A DNA stretch of 64,000 bases, taken from the NCBI GenBank assembly GCA_965216875.1, contig OZ244207.1, positions 3,680,001 through 3,744,000 on the forward strand, in the 5' to 3' direction. Position 1 is the first letter of the stretch, and each line of letters starts with the position of its first letter. Positions 1-10,332 of the stretch are shown one piece after another. Source of the stretch: Rubripirellula sp. Lineage in GTDB: Bacteria; Planctomycetota; Planctomycetia; Pirellulales; Pirellulaceae. The position numbers were made by a program, and so were the translations under genes. The notes below the pieces were generated by a model. That model saw nothing but the letters and a program-made list of their open reading frames with translations. It was not told the origin of the DNA and did no database searches.

Positions 1-42
1 GTTTCTGGGGTTTCTGAGTTCCATCACAGTTTTTGACAGTCC

Positions 43-882
43 ATGCGACGCTTTGTTATCGGTGACATCCATGGTTGTTCCAAAGCGCTTCGCGCTTTGG
101 TCGAAGCCATCGACCCGACTGCCGAAGATGAACTTGTCTTTTTGGGCGACTACATCGACCGTGGACCTGACAGTCGTGATGTGATCGATCAACTGATCGC
201 TCTCCGCGATCGCTGCAATGTGGTCACCCTTCGTGGCAATCACGAAATCATGTTGCTCGGGGTTGCCCTGCACAATCTTGATCCCGATCCATGGTTACGA
301 AGCGGAGGGCAAGCGACCGTCACAAGCTACGGCGGGTCACTCGACAAAATCCCAGCCGACCACCTCGCCTTCTTCCAAGACCTGCGTCCCTTCTACGAAA
401 CGTCCGATGCCATCTTTGTGCACGCCGGTTACCAACCCGACGTGCAGATGACGGAGCAAGATGACGCGACCACCTATTGGGGACACCTCCCGATTCCGCC
501 ACCACCCCCGCACAGCAGCGGCAAACGTGTCTTCGTTGGACACACTCCGCAACCGTCCGGCAACGTGCTTGATGTTGGGCACCTGATTTGTGTCGACACC
601 TACTGCTTTGGCGGCGGTTTCCTCACCGCTCTCAACCCCGAGTCGTACGAGATCATTCAGGCGAACTGGCACGGACATCTGCGCCGCGCTCCACTGGCCG
701 GATTGATCGAACGTGTCGGCAAGCTGCGGCAGTTCTTCGCCGCCAAACTCGCTGCAAAGAAACAGACGTCCGGCAAGAAACAATCCCCGCCGTCTGACAT
801 GAAGGCGACCCAGCCCCAATCGGACCTGTCCGAAGCTGCGCCCGAAGATTCTGAATTGGCCACCGCGAGCCAAAACTCCTAG
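43..882 (+). CDS. Metallophosphoesterase (PPP/PphA-like Ser/Thr protein phosphatase)
   Basis: Calcineurin-like motifs GDIHG, GDYIDRG, RGNHE, HAG, GHTP; low-complexity C-terminal tail. Confidence 0.9.
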   Translation: MRRFVIGDIHGCSKALRALVEAIDPTAEDELVFLGDYIDRGPDSRDVIDQLIALRDRCNVVTLRGNHEIMLLGVALHNLDPDPWLRSGGQATVTSYGGSLDKIPADHLAFFQDLRPFYETSDAIFVHAGYQPDVQMTEQDDATTYWGHLPIPPPPPHSSGKRVFVGHTPQPSGNVLDVGHLICVDTYCFGGGFLTALNPESYEIIQANWHGHLRRAPLAGLIERVGKLRQFFAAKLAAKKQTSGKKQSPPSDMKATQPQSDLSEAAPEDSELATASQNS

Positions 883-1045
883 TCCGCGCACGCGGCCATC
901 GCCCCTGCAACCGACAGCGTGGCGAACGCTCGCGGCCCGCCGATGTGAAACTATTCCGGCGGCCCCGGTTTTGTCGTTGATCTTGGTACCAACGGTTCGA
1001 TGAAAGGAGATGCAAGGCGGACATTCAATCGGCGGGAGGCCCGCG

Positions 1046-1246
1046 ATGAGTAAGAAACCAACGACGCCCGAAGAGCTGGTTTGCCAGATGAGCCAGTCGG
1101 AGCTGATCGAACTGCTTGACGAGCTCGGCATGGAAGCATCACCGAGGATGGCCGACGGCATCAAGAATCTGACCCGCGCTCTCGGGTCCCTCGAAAGGGC
1201 AATCGACGCCATGGGCGGCCATCCCATGATGCGAAAAGCTGCCTAG
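1046..1246 (+). CDS. Small hypothetical protein (66 aa)
   Basis: GGAGG at 1035-1039 precedes ATG 1046; helical, protein-like sequence ending RKAA. Confidence 0.7.
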   Translation: MSKKPTTPEELVCQMSQSELIELLDELGMEASPRMADGIKNLTRALGSLERAIDAMGGHPMMRKAA

Positions 1247-1304
1247 TCGGCAAAGTCTCACGCTGGAACCGGCGCGCCGGGCTTCTTTCGTACGTGGGTC
1301 TTAT

Positions 1305-1414
1305 GAGCCGAACGCGCTAGCGTCGGGCCTCACACCACTTTGCGACACCTCTTTGCGACGCGTTTTTGCGACGCGTTTTTGCCGGCGAAGGGCCCGACGC
1401 TAGCGCGTACGGCT
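1305..1414. repeat. Inverted pair of REP-like elements (family A, GAGCCGnACGCGCTAGCGTCGGGCC) with short TTTGCGAC repeats between them
   Basis: 1305-1329 and 1391-1414 are reverse complements with 1 mismatch; the same element recurs at 54285 and 62385-62679. Confidence 0.85.
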
Positions 1415-1424
1415 AACGCAGCAA

Positions 1425-1808
1425 TTACCCGGCGGGGCGCCAATCGTAGACGTCGGCCAGGGCACCACAGACCAGGTCGGTCAATTGAGCCAGGCGGATT
1501 GGCTTGCTGAGAACTTGGTAGGCCTTCATGCGTGCCGCTTCGCGACGGATTTCGTCGTCAAGTTGAGCCGACATCAGCACACATGGGGGGCCAGCAATCT
1601 TGGAAACGTGGCGGATGACATCCAACCCGGTGACCCGCGGCATGTGCACATCGACGACAGCGAGATGCACCTCGTAGCGTTCAATCTTCTCGATGGCCTC
1701 TTCACCATCCGACGCTTCGGTAACCCGAAATCCACGGCGCGACAGCCCTTCGCACAACACTGCGCGAAATGCTGAGTCATCGTCGGTGATCAACAGGTTC
1801 GGTGTCAT
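1425..1808 (-). CDS. Single-domain response regulator (CheY-like receiver)
   Basis: LITDDD, DVHMP (phospho-Asp), KP motifs; 127 aa with no output domain. Confidence 0.92.
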   Translation of the reverse strand: MTPNLLITDDDSAFRAVLCEGLSRRGFRVTEASDGEEAIEKIERYEVHLAVVDVHMPRVTGLDVIRHVSKIAGPPCVLMSAQLDDEIRREAARMKAYQVLSKPIRLAQLTDLVCGALADVYDWRPAG

Positions 1809-2061
1809 CGGTACGTCATCCTGGCAGCCACTTTGCCAAAAAACAGTTGCTTCTTGAGAACGATAGCCCGTAAGTACCCCATCGGCTCGGCCAACAAGGC
1901 AGTCAGCAACCGATTATCATTATAGGTGCAATTGCGATGCCGATCGGATGGCAATTTGTTCCCATTTTGCCAGTTGTGACGATGAGCCGAGCGTTCGAGC
2001 GTCGCGATCGCAAGCTTGTCTGACGCCCCAATCTCTTTCTCGCTCTCATATCTGGACGTCG

Positions 2062-3096
2062 ATGAATCAACCCGCTCGCCCCGAAGCTCCTCCTGTTGCC
2101 AAACAGCCGAAAGCTTCGGCCGCCGGTCCGTCAGGTTCCGCAGCCGCCTCCTCGGCTGCCGTCAGCGAACTTGCCAAACGAATCATTGGCAATGTTGAAA
2201 ACGCCATCGTTGGCAAACGCAAACAGTTGGTCCTGTCGCTTGTCACCTGGCTCAGCGGTGGCCACATCCTGCTTGAGGATGTTCCCGGTGTCGCGAAGAC
2301 CATGTTGGCACGTGCGCTGGCCAGAAGTGTTGGTTGTCACTTCAAACGGATTCAATGCACGCCCGACTTGTTGCCAACCGATGTGACGGGCACATCCATC
2401 TTCAACCAGAAGACGACCCAGTTCGAATTCCGAGCTGGCCCCGTTTTCACTCAGATCCTGTTGGCAGACGAAATCAACCGAGCGACCCCGCGAACACAAG
2501 CATCGTTGCTCGAGGCGATGGCGGAAACGCGCGTGACTGTCGACGGAACGACGCACAATCTAGATGCCCCGTTCATCGTGATCGCCACTCAAAACCCAGT
2601 CGATCATGAAGGAACATTCCCGCTTCCCGAAGCACAGCTCGACCGTTTCATGATGCGTTTCTCGCTCGGCTATCCGTCGATGGAAGAGGAAATGCGGATG
2701 CTCGACCTGCTGCAACACAAACACCCCGTCGATCAATTGCAAAGCGTCGCCGAGGCCGAAGAAGTTGTCCAGGCGCAAGCAGCCGTTCGAAATGTTCATG
2801 TCGACCCACGAGTACGCAGTTACTTGCTGCAAATCGTTTCCGAGACCCGCAAGCACGATGACCTCGCTCTAGGCGGCAGTCCTCGTGCCTCGATTGCACT
2901 GTTTCGTTGTTCGCAAGCGATGGCGGCCATCCGTGGTCGAGCCTTCGTGTTGCCTGACGATGTCAAAAAGATCGTCGCACCGGTGATGAACCACCGCTTG
3001 ATCGTCAAACCGGAAAGCCGCCTTCGTAAGGTTGCAGCCGAACATGTGATCGATCAAATCGTCGGTGAGATCGCCGTGCCGACGATCGAAGCCTAG
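2062..3096 (+). CDS. moxR: MoxR-family AAA+ ATPase
   Basis: EDVPGVAKT Walker A variant, RIQCTPDLLPTD, LLADEINRA, ATQNP..EGTFPLPEAQLDRF; start placed at MNQP. Confidence 0.93.
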   Translation: MNQPARPEAPPVAKQPKASAAGPSGSAAASSAAVSELAKRIIGNVENAIVGKRKQLVLSLVTWLSGGHILLEDVPGVAKTMLARALARSVGCHFKRIQCTPDLLPTDVTGTSIFNQKTTQFEFRAGPVFTQILLADEINRATPRTQASLLEAMAETRVTVDGTTHNLDAPFIVIATQNPVDHEGTFPLPEAQLDRFMMRFSLGYPSMEEEMRMLDLLQHKHPVDQLQSVAEAEEVVQAQAAVRNVHVDPRVRSYLLQIVSETRKHDDLALGGSPRASIALFRCSQAMAAIRGRAFVLPDDVKKIVAPVMNHRLIVKPESRLRKVAAEHVIDQIVGEIAVPTIEA

Positions 3097-3149
3097 CCCC
3101 AAAAACGTCTTTTCGATTTCTGTTCGTTGGACCCGACATTGCTTGTCTG

Positions 3150-4583
3150 ATGGCGCGACGCGGTTCCCCAGTCGATGCAACGACCACCCAAGACGACGCG
3201 TTGCTTGGAGTCAATCCCGCTGCGCTTCAGCGTGTCAAACAGAAGGCCGATGCCGAAGCGGCGAGCACACCCCGCTTGTCCGTGATGGCTGGCATCAGTG
3301 CATTGCTACTGCTGGGCATGCTCTTCGGCGCATCCCTTTGGGTGCTTGCTGCCTTTGTTGCCGCGATGCTGCTGGGCGTGAATTGGTACCTTGCAAAAAC
3401 CTGGGCCAACTGCACCATCGCAACCCGACTTGGCGGCGACGAAGAGCTCAAGATTGGATCGCTGGTTCGTGTCGAAATCAAACTGACCAACACCAGTAAG
3501 ATTCCGGTGTTGTGGTTGCTGGCCGAAGACCTCGTGCCACGTTGGGCAACGACTAGTGACCCACCGACGCTCAAACTTCAGGGCGCGCGCCTCCGCGTCA
3601 TGCTGCTGTGGGGACACGAAACAAAGAAAGTGATCTACGAGGTCAAATGTCATCGCCGCGGGTACCTACAAATCGGCCCCACGGTTCTGGAAACTGGCGA
3701 CATGATGGGACTCTATCGCCGTTACCGGGTTGGCACCGAACCTCAATACATCACTGTGCTGCCTGAAGTCATGCCGCTAACCGGTTACGAAATCGGTTCG
3801 CGGCGCCCGATCGGCGAAATCCGCATGCGCGAAAATGTGATGGATGACCCGACTCGTTTGCGCGGCATCCGTCAGTGGCAACCAGGCGACCCGATGCGCA
3901 GCGTGCATTGGGCGGCAACCGCGCGCACCGGCACGCTGCACAGCAAGGTTTACGAGCCGAGTTCGATTGTGGGCGCGACGCTGGTCCTCGACTTGCACGA
4001 AGCGACCAACCCAAAATCGAATGAACCGATTCGCGGCGATCTTGCAGCCACCGCCGCGGCATCGATCGCAGCCTCGTTGCACGATTCCAATGAACCGATC
4101 GGGCTGCTCACGAATGGGCGCGATGCGGCCGATCGAATTCGCCGTGAAGGTTGGGTGGGTGACCACCGGGTGCGTGGCGAGGCCAAGAAAGCAGCCGCGA
4201 TGTTGACCGAAAGTGATCGCCTGCGTCCCGTCGTGCTGCCTGCGCTGCGTGGCCCAATTCATTTGAAAGAAATCACGCGCACGCTCGCGCGTCTCGAGCG
4301 CACGGACGGACTGACGTTGCCGCAACTGTTGGTCGAAGCCGAGGGACAAGTATCGAACGAGACGACGCTGCTGGTGATCCTGCAGACATGCACGCCCGAA
4401 TCGGCCGCAGCTTTGATCGGGCTTGCCCGGCGTGGTTGGGCCGTTGCCGTGATCATCAACACTCACGATATCAACGACTATAGCGAATCGGCTGGACCGT
4501 TGATTGCCAATCGAATCCCAACCTTCCACCTGTCGGGCAAAGACGCGATCGCCGACGTCTGCAGGCAAACGCTGCTTCGCTAG
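3150..4583 (+). CDS. DUF58 domain membrane protein (MoxR partner)
   Basis: N-terminal TM segments, RRG motif, RQWQPGDPMRSVHWAATAR; directly follows moxR. Confidence 0.88.
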   Translation: MARRGSPVDATTTQDDALLGVNPAALQRVKQKADAEAASTPRLSVMAGISALLLLGMLFGASLWVLAAFVAAMLLGVNWYLAKTWANCTIATRLGGDEELKIGSLVRVEIKLTNTSKIPVLWLLAEDLVPRWATTSDPPTLKLQGARLRVMLLWGHETKKVIYEVKCHRRGYLQIGPTVLETGDMMGLYRRYRVGTEPQYITVLPEVMPLTGYEIGSRRPIGEIRMRENVMDDPTRLRGIRQWQPGDPMRSVHWAATARTGTLHSKVYEPSSIVGATLVLDLHEATNPKSNEPIRGDLAATAAASIAASLHDSNEPIGLLTNGRDAADRIRREGWVGDHRVRGEAKKAAAMLTESDRLRPVVLPALRGPIHLKEITRTLARLERTDGLTLPQLLVEAEGQVSNETTLLVILQTCTPESAAALIGLARRGWAVAVIINTHDINDYSESAGPLIANRIPTFHLSGKDAIADVCRQTLLR

Positions 4584-4592
4584 AAGCCTACC

Positions 4593-5261
4593 TCACTCGT
4601 CGCCCCAGCGCGTCATGAGGTCATTGTCGACCTCAAGTTGGTCGAGAATCCGCGACACAACAAAGTCGACCATGTCATCCAAACAGGTGACGTCGTGATA
4701 CCATCCCGGCATCGCCGGTAACATCACCGCCCCGGCAGCCGAAAGGCGATGCATGTTCTCAAGTTGGATCGTGCTCAAGGGTGTCTCTCGCGGAACCAAA
4801 ACCAACTTGCGTCGTTCTTTCAAATGCACTTCGGCGGCTCGTTGAATCAGGTTCGAGCCGGCCGCGCGCGAGATTCCGCTCAAGGTGCTACCGCTGCAGG
4901 GACAAATGACCATTGCGCCGGTACGGAACGAACCGCTCGCAATCGGCGTCATGTAGTCTTGATAGAAATGGTAGTGCAGTCTCGCATCAAACGACTCGCA
5001 CGCCGAATCTGCTAAGCGTTTGCGTGATGGCGAGGACCAATCGGGCACGTATCCGATCAACTCGGCCAGGTTTGGTTTTTTGAGATCAACCTCGAGCCCC
5101 ATTTCTTGGCCGATGACAGCCACACCACTCGGACTGATCGTCAAATGAATCTCACGTGGCTGGTGACAGAGCACTTGCAGCAAGCGAACCGCGTACATCG
5201 CACCACTTGCACCTGTGATTGCGACCACCAAGGGCAATTCTATTTGGTTCGGCTCGGCCAC
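4593..5261 (-). CDS. ubiX: Flavin prenyltransferase UbiX
   Basis: ITGASG, IASGSF, PCSGSTL, LKERRKLVLVPRETPL; probable GTG start at 5261. Confidence 0.92.
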   Translation of the reverse strand: MAEPNQIELPLVVAITGASGAMYAVRLLQVLCHQPREIHLTISPSGVAVIGQEMGLEVDLKKPNLAELIGYVPDWSSPSRKRLADSACESFDARLHYHFYQDYMTPIASGSFRTGAMVICPCSGSTLSGISRAAGSNLIQRAAEVHLKERRKLVLVPRETPLSTIQLENMHRLSAAGAVMLPAMPGWYHDVTCLDDMVDFVVSRILDQLEVDNDLMTRWGDE

Positions 5262-5268
5262 GATGAAT

Positions 5269-6033
5269 TCAACTCTCGGGAGATGCGACTGGCTTCGTTC
5301 CTTCGTAAATCGTTGCAACGCCGCACGTCAACGACGTGAACTTGACATCGGTCAATCCGGCGGCCGTCATACGATCGGCCAAAGCTTGGCCATCGGGGAA
5401 TTGCCCGACCGACTCAGGCAAATACTTGTAGGCTGATTTGTCGTTACGCGCCATCCATTGTCCGATCTTGGGAAGGATGTGCGAGAAGTAGAAACCATAC
5501 GCTTGCCGCAAACCGATGATCCGCGGCCGCGAAAACTCAAGCACCATCACTTGGCCGCCCGGACGACAGACGCGCGTCATCTCTCGCAGCCCCAAGTCGG
5601 TGTCAGCGACATTACGAAGACCAAACGCCACCGAGACGACTTGAAACTTGTCATCGCTGAAGGGCAGTGCTTGTGAGTCGGCTTCAAGGAAGTCGATATT
5701 CCGATCTTGGAAAGCCGATGTCTTTCGTTTGTCGCGAGCGATCTCCAACATCGCATGGCAAAAGTCACTGCCAACGACGTCGACCGAATCGGGACTTTTC
5801 TTGGCAACTGCAAGGGCAAGATCGCCGGTCCCCGTACAGGTGTCCAAGACGGGATGCCCTGGCTCGATTTTCATTCTTCGAACGGCACGCCAACGCCAAT
5901 AGCGATCGACGTTCAGCGATAACAGATGATTCATCAAGTCGTAGCGAGGTGCGATTTGACGAAACATCTCCTGGACGCGAGAGTTGCTTTTGTCAACTTG
6001 GGTCGCGGGAGCCGCTTCGGTGGCCGTCTGCAT
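5269..6033 (-). CDS. ubiE: Demethylmenaquinone methyltransferase UbiE/MenG
   Basis: [42 protein letters not shown]; start at MQTA. Confidence 0.93.
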   Translation of the reverse strand: MQTATEAAPATQVDKSNSRVQEMFRQIAPRYDLMNHLLSLNVDRYWRWRAVRRMKIEPGHPVLDTCTGTGDLALAVAKKSPDSVDVVGSDFCHAMLEIARDKRKTSAFQDRNIDFLEADSQALPFSDDKFQVVSVAFGLRNVADTDLGLREMTRVCRPGGQVMVLEFSRPRIIGLRQAYGFYFSHILPKIGQWMARNDKSAYKYLPESVGQFPDGQALADRMTAAGLTDVKFTSLTCGVATIYEGTKPVASPES

Positions 6034-6191
6034 TGAGAAATCGTATCGAGGAAACGGATTGGAAAGTCGTCGGTTGTGCCACGCAGATTGTATTCGCCCG
6101 CCAACCGACCTTAAAAGGACAGGCAATTCGAAGTCGCCACCGTCCGAGGGCGGGTGAAGACGTTTCGCCGACGAGGTGTACAATTCCCGCC

Positions 6192-6878
6192 ATGAGGATC
6201 CTGCTTTTCGATATCGATGGAACGCTCCTGTGGACCGGTGGAGGGGGCAAAACCGCGCTGCAAAAGGCGTTGGAGCGAGAATTTGACCTCGTCGAGGCTT
6301 GCACCGATGTCTCGTTCTCGGGCCGAACCGACCACGCCCTGTTCGGGGAACTTCTCGATCGGAATGGAATTCCCCGCACACCACAGAATCGCCAGCGACT
6401 CACCAACGCCTACCTACAACGGCTTCCCGCCGTTTTGGACGACGCCGACGGCCGCCTTCTGCCTGGGGTCGGCGAACTGATTGCACGACTACGTAACGTC
6501 CAGGGCGTGTTCCTCTACGCAATGACCGGCAACCTGCACGCCTCGGCAACACACAAACTTGACCATTTCGGTTTGCTTCAGCCGATGGATGGGATTTTTG
6601 GTGGTGACCATGACTCATGCCGCGACGATCTTGCTCGCCGCTCGATGTCTCAGCTACGCGAGACTCACGGCAATGCGATCGAGGGCCAAGTCGTTGTGAT
6701 CGGCGACACGCCCGCCGATATCAAGTGCGCCCATGCGATTGGCGCCGACGCGTTGGCGGTCTGCACTGGCTATTTCGATCGCAACCAGCTTGCCGAACTC
6801 GAGCCGATGTACCTGTTCGATGACCTTTCGGATGTCGAAACGATCGTGAACCTCCTTGTCGGTGACTTGGTGAAATGA
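6192..6878 (+). CDS. HAD-superfamily hydrolase (phosphoglycolate phosphatase-like)
   Basis: [18 protein letters not shown] motifs; ATG 6192; stop overlaps dinB start (ATGA). Confidence 0.9.
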   Translation: MRILLFDIDGTLLWTGGGGKTALQKALEREFDLVEACTDVSFSGRTDHALFGELLDRNGIPRTPQNRQRLTNAYLQRLPAVLDDADGRLLPGVGELIARLRNVQGVFLYAMTGNLHASATHKLDHFGLLQPMDGIFGGDHDSCRDDLARRSMSQLRETHGNAIEGQVVVIGDTPADIKCAHAIGADALAVCTGYFDRNQLAELEPMYLFDDLSDVETIVNLLVGDLVK

Positions 6879-8050
6879 TCTTGCACATCGACATGGACGC
6901 GTTCTACGCAGCGATCGAACAACGCGACCGTCCCGAATTGCGAGGCAAACCGGTGGTGGTTGGCGGCGGGTCCGGACGCGGTGTCGTCGCAGCCGCAAGT
7001 TACGAGGCGCGACGTTTTGGAATCCACAGCGCCATGCCAGGCCGCCGAGCGAAAGAGCTTTGTCCCGATGCGGTCTTCCTGCGTGGCAACATGAGTCACT
7101 ATGCAGATGTTGGGCGAAGCGTCCGCGAGATCTTTCATCGCTACACACCACTCGTCCAACCCCTCTCGCTCGACGAAGCTTTCTTGGATGTCGCCGGCAG
7201 TCGACGCTTACACGGTGACGCCGCCTCGATTGGCCGAACCATCAAAGAAGCCATTCGCAATGAGCTCGACCTCACCGCCAGCGTCGGCGTCGCTCCGCTC
7301 AAGTTTGTCGCAAAGATCGCAAGCGACTTGAACAAACCGGACGGGTTTGTCGAAGTATCCAGCGACGGAGTGATCGACTTTCTCGATCCACTTCCCGTGT
7401 CACGTTTGTGGGGCGTGGGACGCGTCGGACAAGAAAAACTGAAAACACTCGGCCTCCACCGAATCGGCGACCTCCGCACATTCGACCCTGAGTTGCTGAA
7501 GCACAAGTTTGGCAGTTGGGGCCAACATCTTTGGCGGTTGGCCAACGGAATCGACAATCGAAAAGTCGTTCCCGATCGCAACGCAAAACAAATCAGTCAC
7601 GAGCGAACGTTCGGCGATGACCTCGCGGACGAAGACGCACTGCGCGGCGTCGTGAGTTACTTATGCGAACAGGTGGCACGTCGCCTCAGGCGGCATCACC
7701 GAATGGCGCGCACCATCTCGATCAAATACCGCCGTGAAGACTTTCGCACGTTCGCCCGATCACACACGCTCGGCGAACCCACCGACTGCACCAATGTGAT
7801 CTTCGAAAATGCGTCAACGCTGCTCGCCACGATGAGGTCACGTCAGCCTCGCCCCGTACGATTGATCGGCGTCGGTGTTGGCTCGTTGACCAACAAACAC
7901 GCACCGAAACAACTCTCCTTGTTTGACTTGCGCGAAGGCGAGACGAGCCAAAAAAAGGTGGATGAAGTGGTCGATCAGCTCGCCGACCAACTGGGCGACA
8001 AGGCGGTCTATCGCGGCACCAGTCATAGCTGGATCCGCCGCAAGTCGTAG
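6875..8050 (+). CDS. dinB: DNA polymerase IV (Y family)
   Basis: HIDMDAFYA, ASYEARRFG, SLDEAFLD, KIASDLNKPDG; QLSLF clamp-binding motif. Confidence 0.96.
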   Translation: MILHIDMDAFYAAIEQRDRPELRGKPVVVGGGSGRGVVAAASYEARRFGIHSAMPGRRAKELCPDAVFLRGNMSHYADVGRSVREIFHRYTPLVQPLSLDEAFLDVAGSRRLHGDAASIGRTIKEAIRNELDLTASVGVAPLKFVAKIASDLNKPDGFVEVSSDGVIDFLDPLPVSRLWGVGRVGQEKLKTLGLHRIGDLRTFDPELLKHKFGSWGQHLWRLANGIDNRKVVPDRNAKQISHERTFGDDLADEDALRGVVSYLCEQVARRLRRHHRMARTISIKYRREDFRTFARSHTLGEPTDCTNVIFENASTLLATMRSRQPRPVRLIGVGVGSLTNKHAPKQLSLFDLREGETSQKKVDEVVDQLADQLGDKAVYRGTSHSWIRRKS

Positions 8051-8058
8051 CGACACGT

Positions 8059-8122
8059 GTTCGTAGTCCCGCCTTTAGGCGGAAAGAGGCGGAAGAATCC
8101 GGCTGAAGCCGGTACTACGAAC
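8059..8122. repeat. Inverted REP doublet (family B, GTTCGTAGTnCCG-hairpin)
   Basis: GTTCGTAGTCCCGCCTTTAGGCGG (8059-8082) facing CCGGCTGAAGCCGGTACTACGAAC (8099-8122); also at 31427 and 62465-62636. Confidence 0.85.
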
Positions 8123-8142
8123 GGACGATCGAGGGCAGCTAC

Positions 8143-8173
8143 AAAAAACGAGCCCGGCAGTTTACCGGGCTCG
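8143..8173 (-). terminator. Rho-independent terminator for the minus-strand propeller gene
   Basis: Stem CGAGCCCGG/CCGGGCTCG followed by a T-tract on the minus strand, 30 bp after stop 8204. Confidence 0.75.
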
Positions 8174-8203
8174 CTGAAAATGGATTCGATTCGTTCGCAC
8201 AAA

Positions 8204-9244
8204 CTATTGGTTGGCCAAGAATCGCTTGTTCAGCTTCAGGACTTTGCCCGATGGCTTCTCGGAACCGTCTGGCTTGGTACCGATGACCGTGACGTACATG
8301 TGGCCGTCTTTGTCAAAGGTCAACGCCGTTGGCTTGTCGAGGTCGACGATCTTCTTCGTATCGACACCATCATCACCAACTGTCAGTTCGTAGAGTGCAC
8401 CTTTGGACGTATCGATCCATGAAAAATCGGTCGCGTAAAGTTTGCCAGTCGCGGGGCTGTAACCCAATCCGGTGATGTCGTTCAAACCAGTTTCGTGATT
8501 CGATTTCAGCTCGCCCGTCTTTGGATCGTACACCGAAAGCAGACCATCACCAGGAACGGTGATCTCGCCCATTTGCCCAACAACCAAGTCGCCGTCGGGA
8601 TTAACCGTGATGGCAACAGGTGCATCAACTTCAACAGCTTCTTTGGTTGCAATGAAACGCTCGAGGTTGGACGGATGACCGTGGTCGTCGAGTTTGGCGC
8701 GAACGATCCATCCCTTGGTGTCATCACCATTGGCGGTTGCAAAAACATAGCCGGCGGTCACGGCCACACCGTAGTAGTTGCCTTCTGCCTTCAGCTCATC
8801 GTTGCTCTCGAGCGGCCCGAGAGTGATCTCGGTCTCTTTGGCTGGGATTGGCTTCTCAGCTGGCTTTGAGTGAATCTCGTAAACACGAATCACTTCGTCG
8901 GTGTCCACTTGGCTTCCATCGCCAACAACAAGATGCTCGTCATCGATGAATGCGATACCGAGTGGACCGATGTCGTAAATCGGGCCCTTGCCATACTTGT
9001 CGCCGGGAAAACGGTTCACTTCCATGAACCGACGTTTCTTTCCATCTTCGGGCTTCGAAGCAAGGAAGCGAACGATGCCACGACGCTCGGCAACGATGAT
9101 GTCACCTGTTTTTGGATGAATCGCAACTCCGGTGGGATTATCCAAACCCGAACCAACTTGGCGCGGGCCACCTTTTTTGTCTTGAGCCTCGGAGGTGCTG
9201 GCCAGCATGACGATGGCCAGAGAAAACATCAGTAAGTAACGCAT
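8204..9244 (-). CDS. Exported beta-propeller protein (NHL/ScyD-ScyE-like)
   Basis: Sec signal (SEA|QD); repeated blades NPTGVAI, GPLGIAF, APVAITVNPDG, KPTALTFDKDG. Confidence 0.75.
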   Translation of the reverse strand: MRYLLMFSLAIVMLASTSEAQDKKGGPRQVGSGLDNPTGVAIHPKTGDIIVAERRGIVRFLASKPEDGKKRRFMEVNRFPGDKYGKGPIYDIGPLGIAFIDDEHLVVGDGSQVDTDEVIRVYEIHSKPAEKPIPAKETEITLGPLESNDELKAEGNYYGVAVTAGYVFATANGDDTKGWIVRAKLDDHGHPSNLERFIATKEAVEVDAPVAITVNPDGDLVVGQMGEITVPGDGLLSVYDPKTGELKSNHETGLNDITGLGYSPATGKLYATDFSWIDTSKGALYELTVGDDGVDTKKIVDLDKPTALTFDKDGHMYVTVIGTKPDGSEKPSGKVLKLNKRFLANQ

Positions 9245-9333
9245 GGGGTGCTTTCCGTGGTAAGCGTGGGGTGCAAAGGTTGTTGGAACAAAACGTTGTG
9301 CTACGGTGCGACGTACTCAGAAATGGCGTCGTC

Positions 9334-10332
9334 CTATTTTGGCAGTTTTGGTGGCTCGTGGTTGGGATAATCATCACTGGCGAGCGCTTCTTTCATGAAC
9401 GTGACCAGTGCCGCCTGCTCTTCGTCACTCAGTTTGAGTTTGAAGATTTCTTCATCAAGGTAAGGATTGTCGGTGCCGCCCTTGACGTAATGCTCAACGA
9501 CCTCTTCGAGTGTCGCCATACTGCCATCGTGCATGTAGGGGCCGGAGCGGTCAATTTCACGCAACGTCGGTGTCTTGAACGCACCGCGATCTCCGTCGAG
9601 ACCGCTGATCGCAAAACGTCCTTCGTCGCGGTTTTCGACGTCCCAGCTTACGCCGATGTTGTGAAAGCCGTTATCTGTAAAGTTCGCACCCGAGTGGCAT
9701 GCGCTACAGTTGGCTTTGCCAAAGAACAGCTTGCGACCCTGTTCGGCCGCTTCCGAAAGTGCCTCTTTATCGCCGGCCTTATAACGGTCGTACGGTGCGT
9801 TGCCAGAAAGTGCCGTACGTTCGTAGGCAGCAATCGCCTTTGCGATCCCTTCCGAGGTCACATCGGTGCCGAAGACGGCTTGGAACTGGCGGCGATACCC
9901 TGAGATCGCGTTCAGCTTTTTGACCACGGCGTCGAGCGTCATGTTCATTTCGATCGGATTTTGGATTGGACCAAGCGCCTGCTCCTCAAGGCTGCCGGCG
10001 CGTCCATCCCAGAATTGGAAGTACTGGTACGCCGAATTGATCACCGTCGGCGAATTGCGTCCCCCTTTTTGGCCCTCAACCCCGGTCGCAAACATTTCGC
10101 CGTTGCTCCAGCCCTTGGCCGGATCATGGCAACTCGCACACGAAACCTTGTTGTCCGATGAGAGTCGCCCATCGAAATAGAGCTGTTTGCCGAGTGCGAT
10201 CTTCGCCTCGGTCGGTTGATTGTCTTTGGGATACCGAATCTTTTTCAATCCGGCTGGGACGTCTTGGGCGTCGGCTGGCGGGGCAACCAGCATGAACGCG
10301 GTAACGAAAGCGGCTACTGAACGGCGAATCAT
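9334..10332 (-). CDS. Di-heme cytochrome c peroxidase / MauG family protein
   Basis: CASCH and CSACH heme motifs, LGKQLYFD.RLS, QFWDGRA.SLEEQALGPI, FKTPTLR, PYMHDG; signal peptide. Confidence 0.93.
   Translation of the reverse strand: MIRRSVAAFVTAFMLVAPPADAQDVPAGLKKIRYPKDNQPTEAKIALGKQLYFDGRLSSDNKVSCASCHDPAKGWSNGEMFATGVEGQKGGRNSPTVINSAYQYFQFWDGRAGSLEEQALGPIQNPIEMNMTLDAVVKKLNAISGYRRQFQAVFGTDVTSEGIAKAIAAYERTALSGNAPYDRYKAGDKEALSEAAEQGRKLFFGKANCSACHSGANFTDNGFHNIGVSWDVENRDEGRFAISGLDGDRGAFKTPTLREIDRSGPYMHDGSMATLEEVVEHYVKGGTDNPYLDEEIFKLKLSDEEQAALVTFMKEALASDDYPNHEPPKLPK

Noticed and set aside
337..1227. Long antisense ORFs (this one and others such as 3777-4568, 39235-40110, 50667-51476)
   Set aside because: Shadow frames opposite well-supported genes in GC-rich DNA, with no recognisable motifs
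5667..6384. Long overlapping N-terminal extensions of ubiE and the HAD gene
   Set aside because: Family homology begins at 6033 (-) and 6192 (+); the extensions are upstream read-through of divergent genes
8057..8422. 121-aa ORF beginning MFVVPPLGG
   Set aside because: Translation of a REP doublet plus the antisense of the propeller gene
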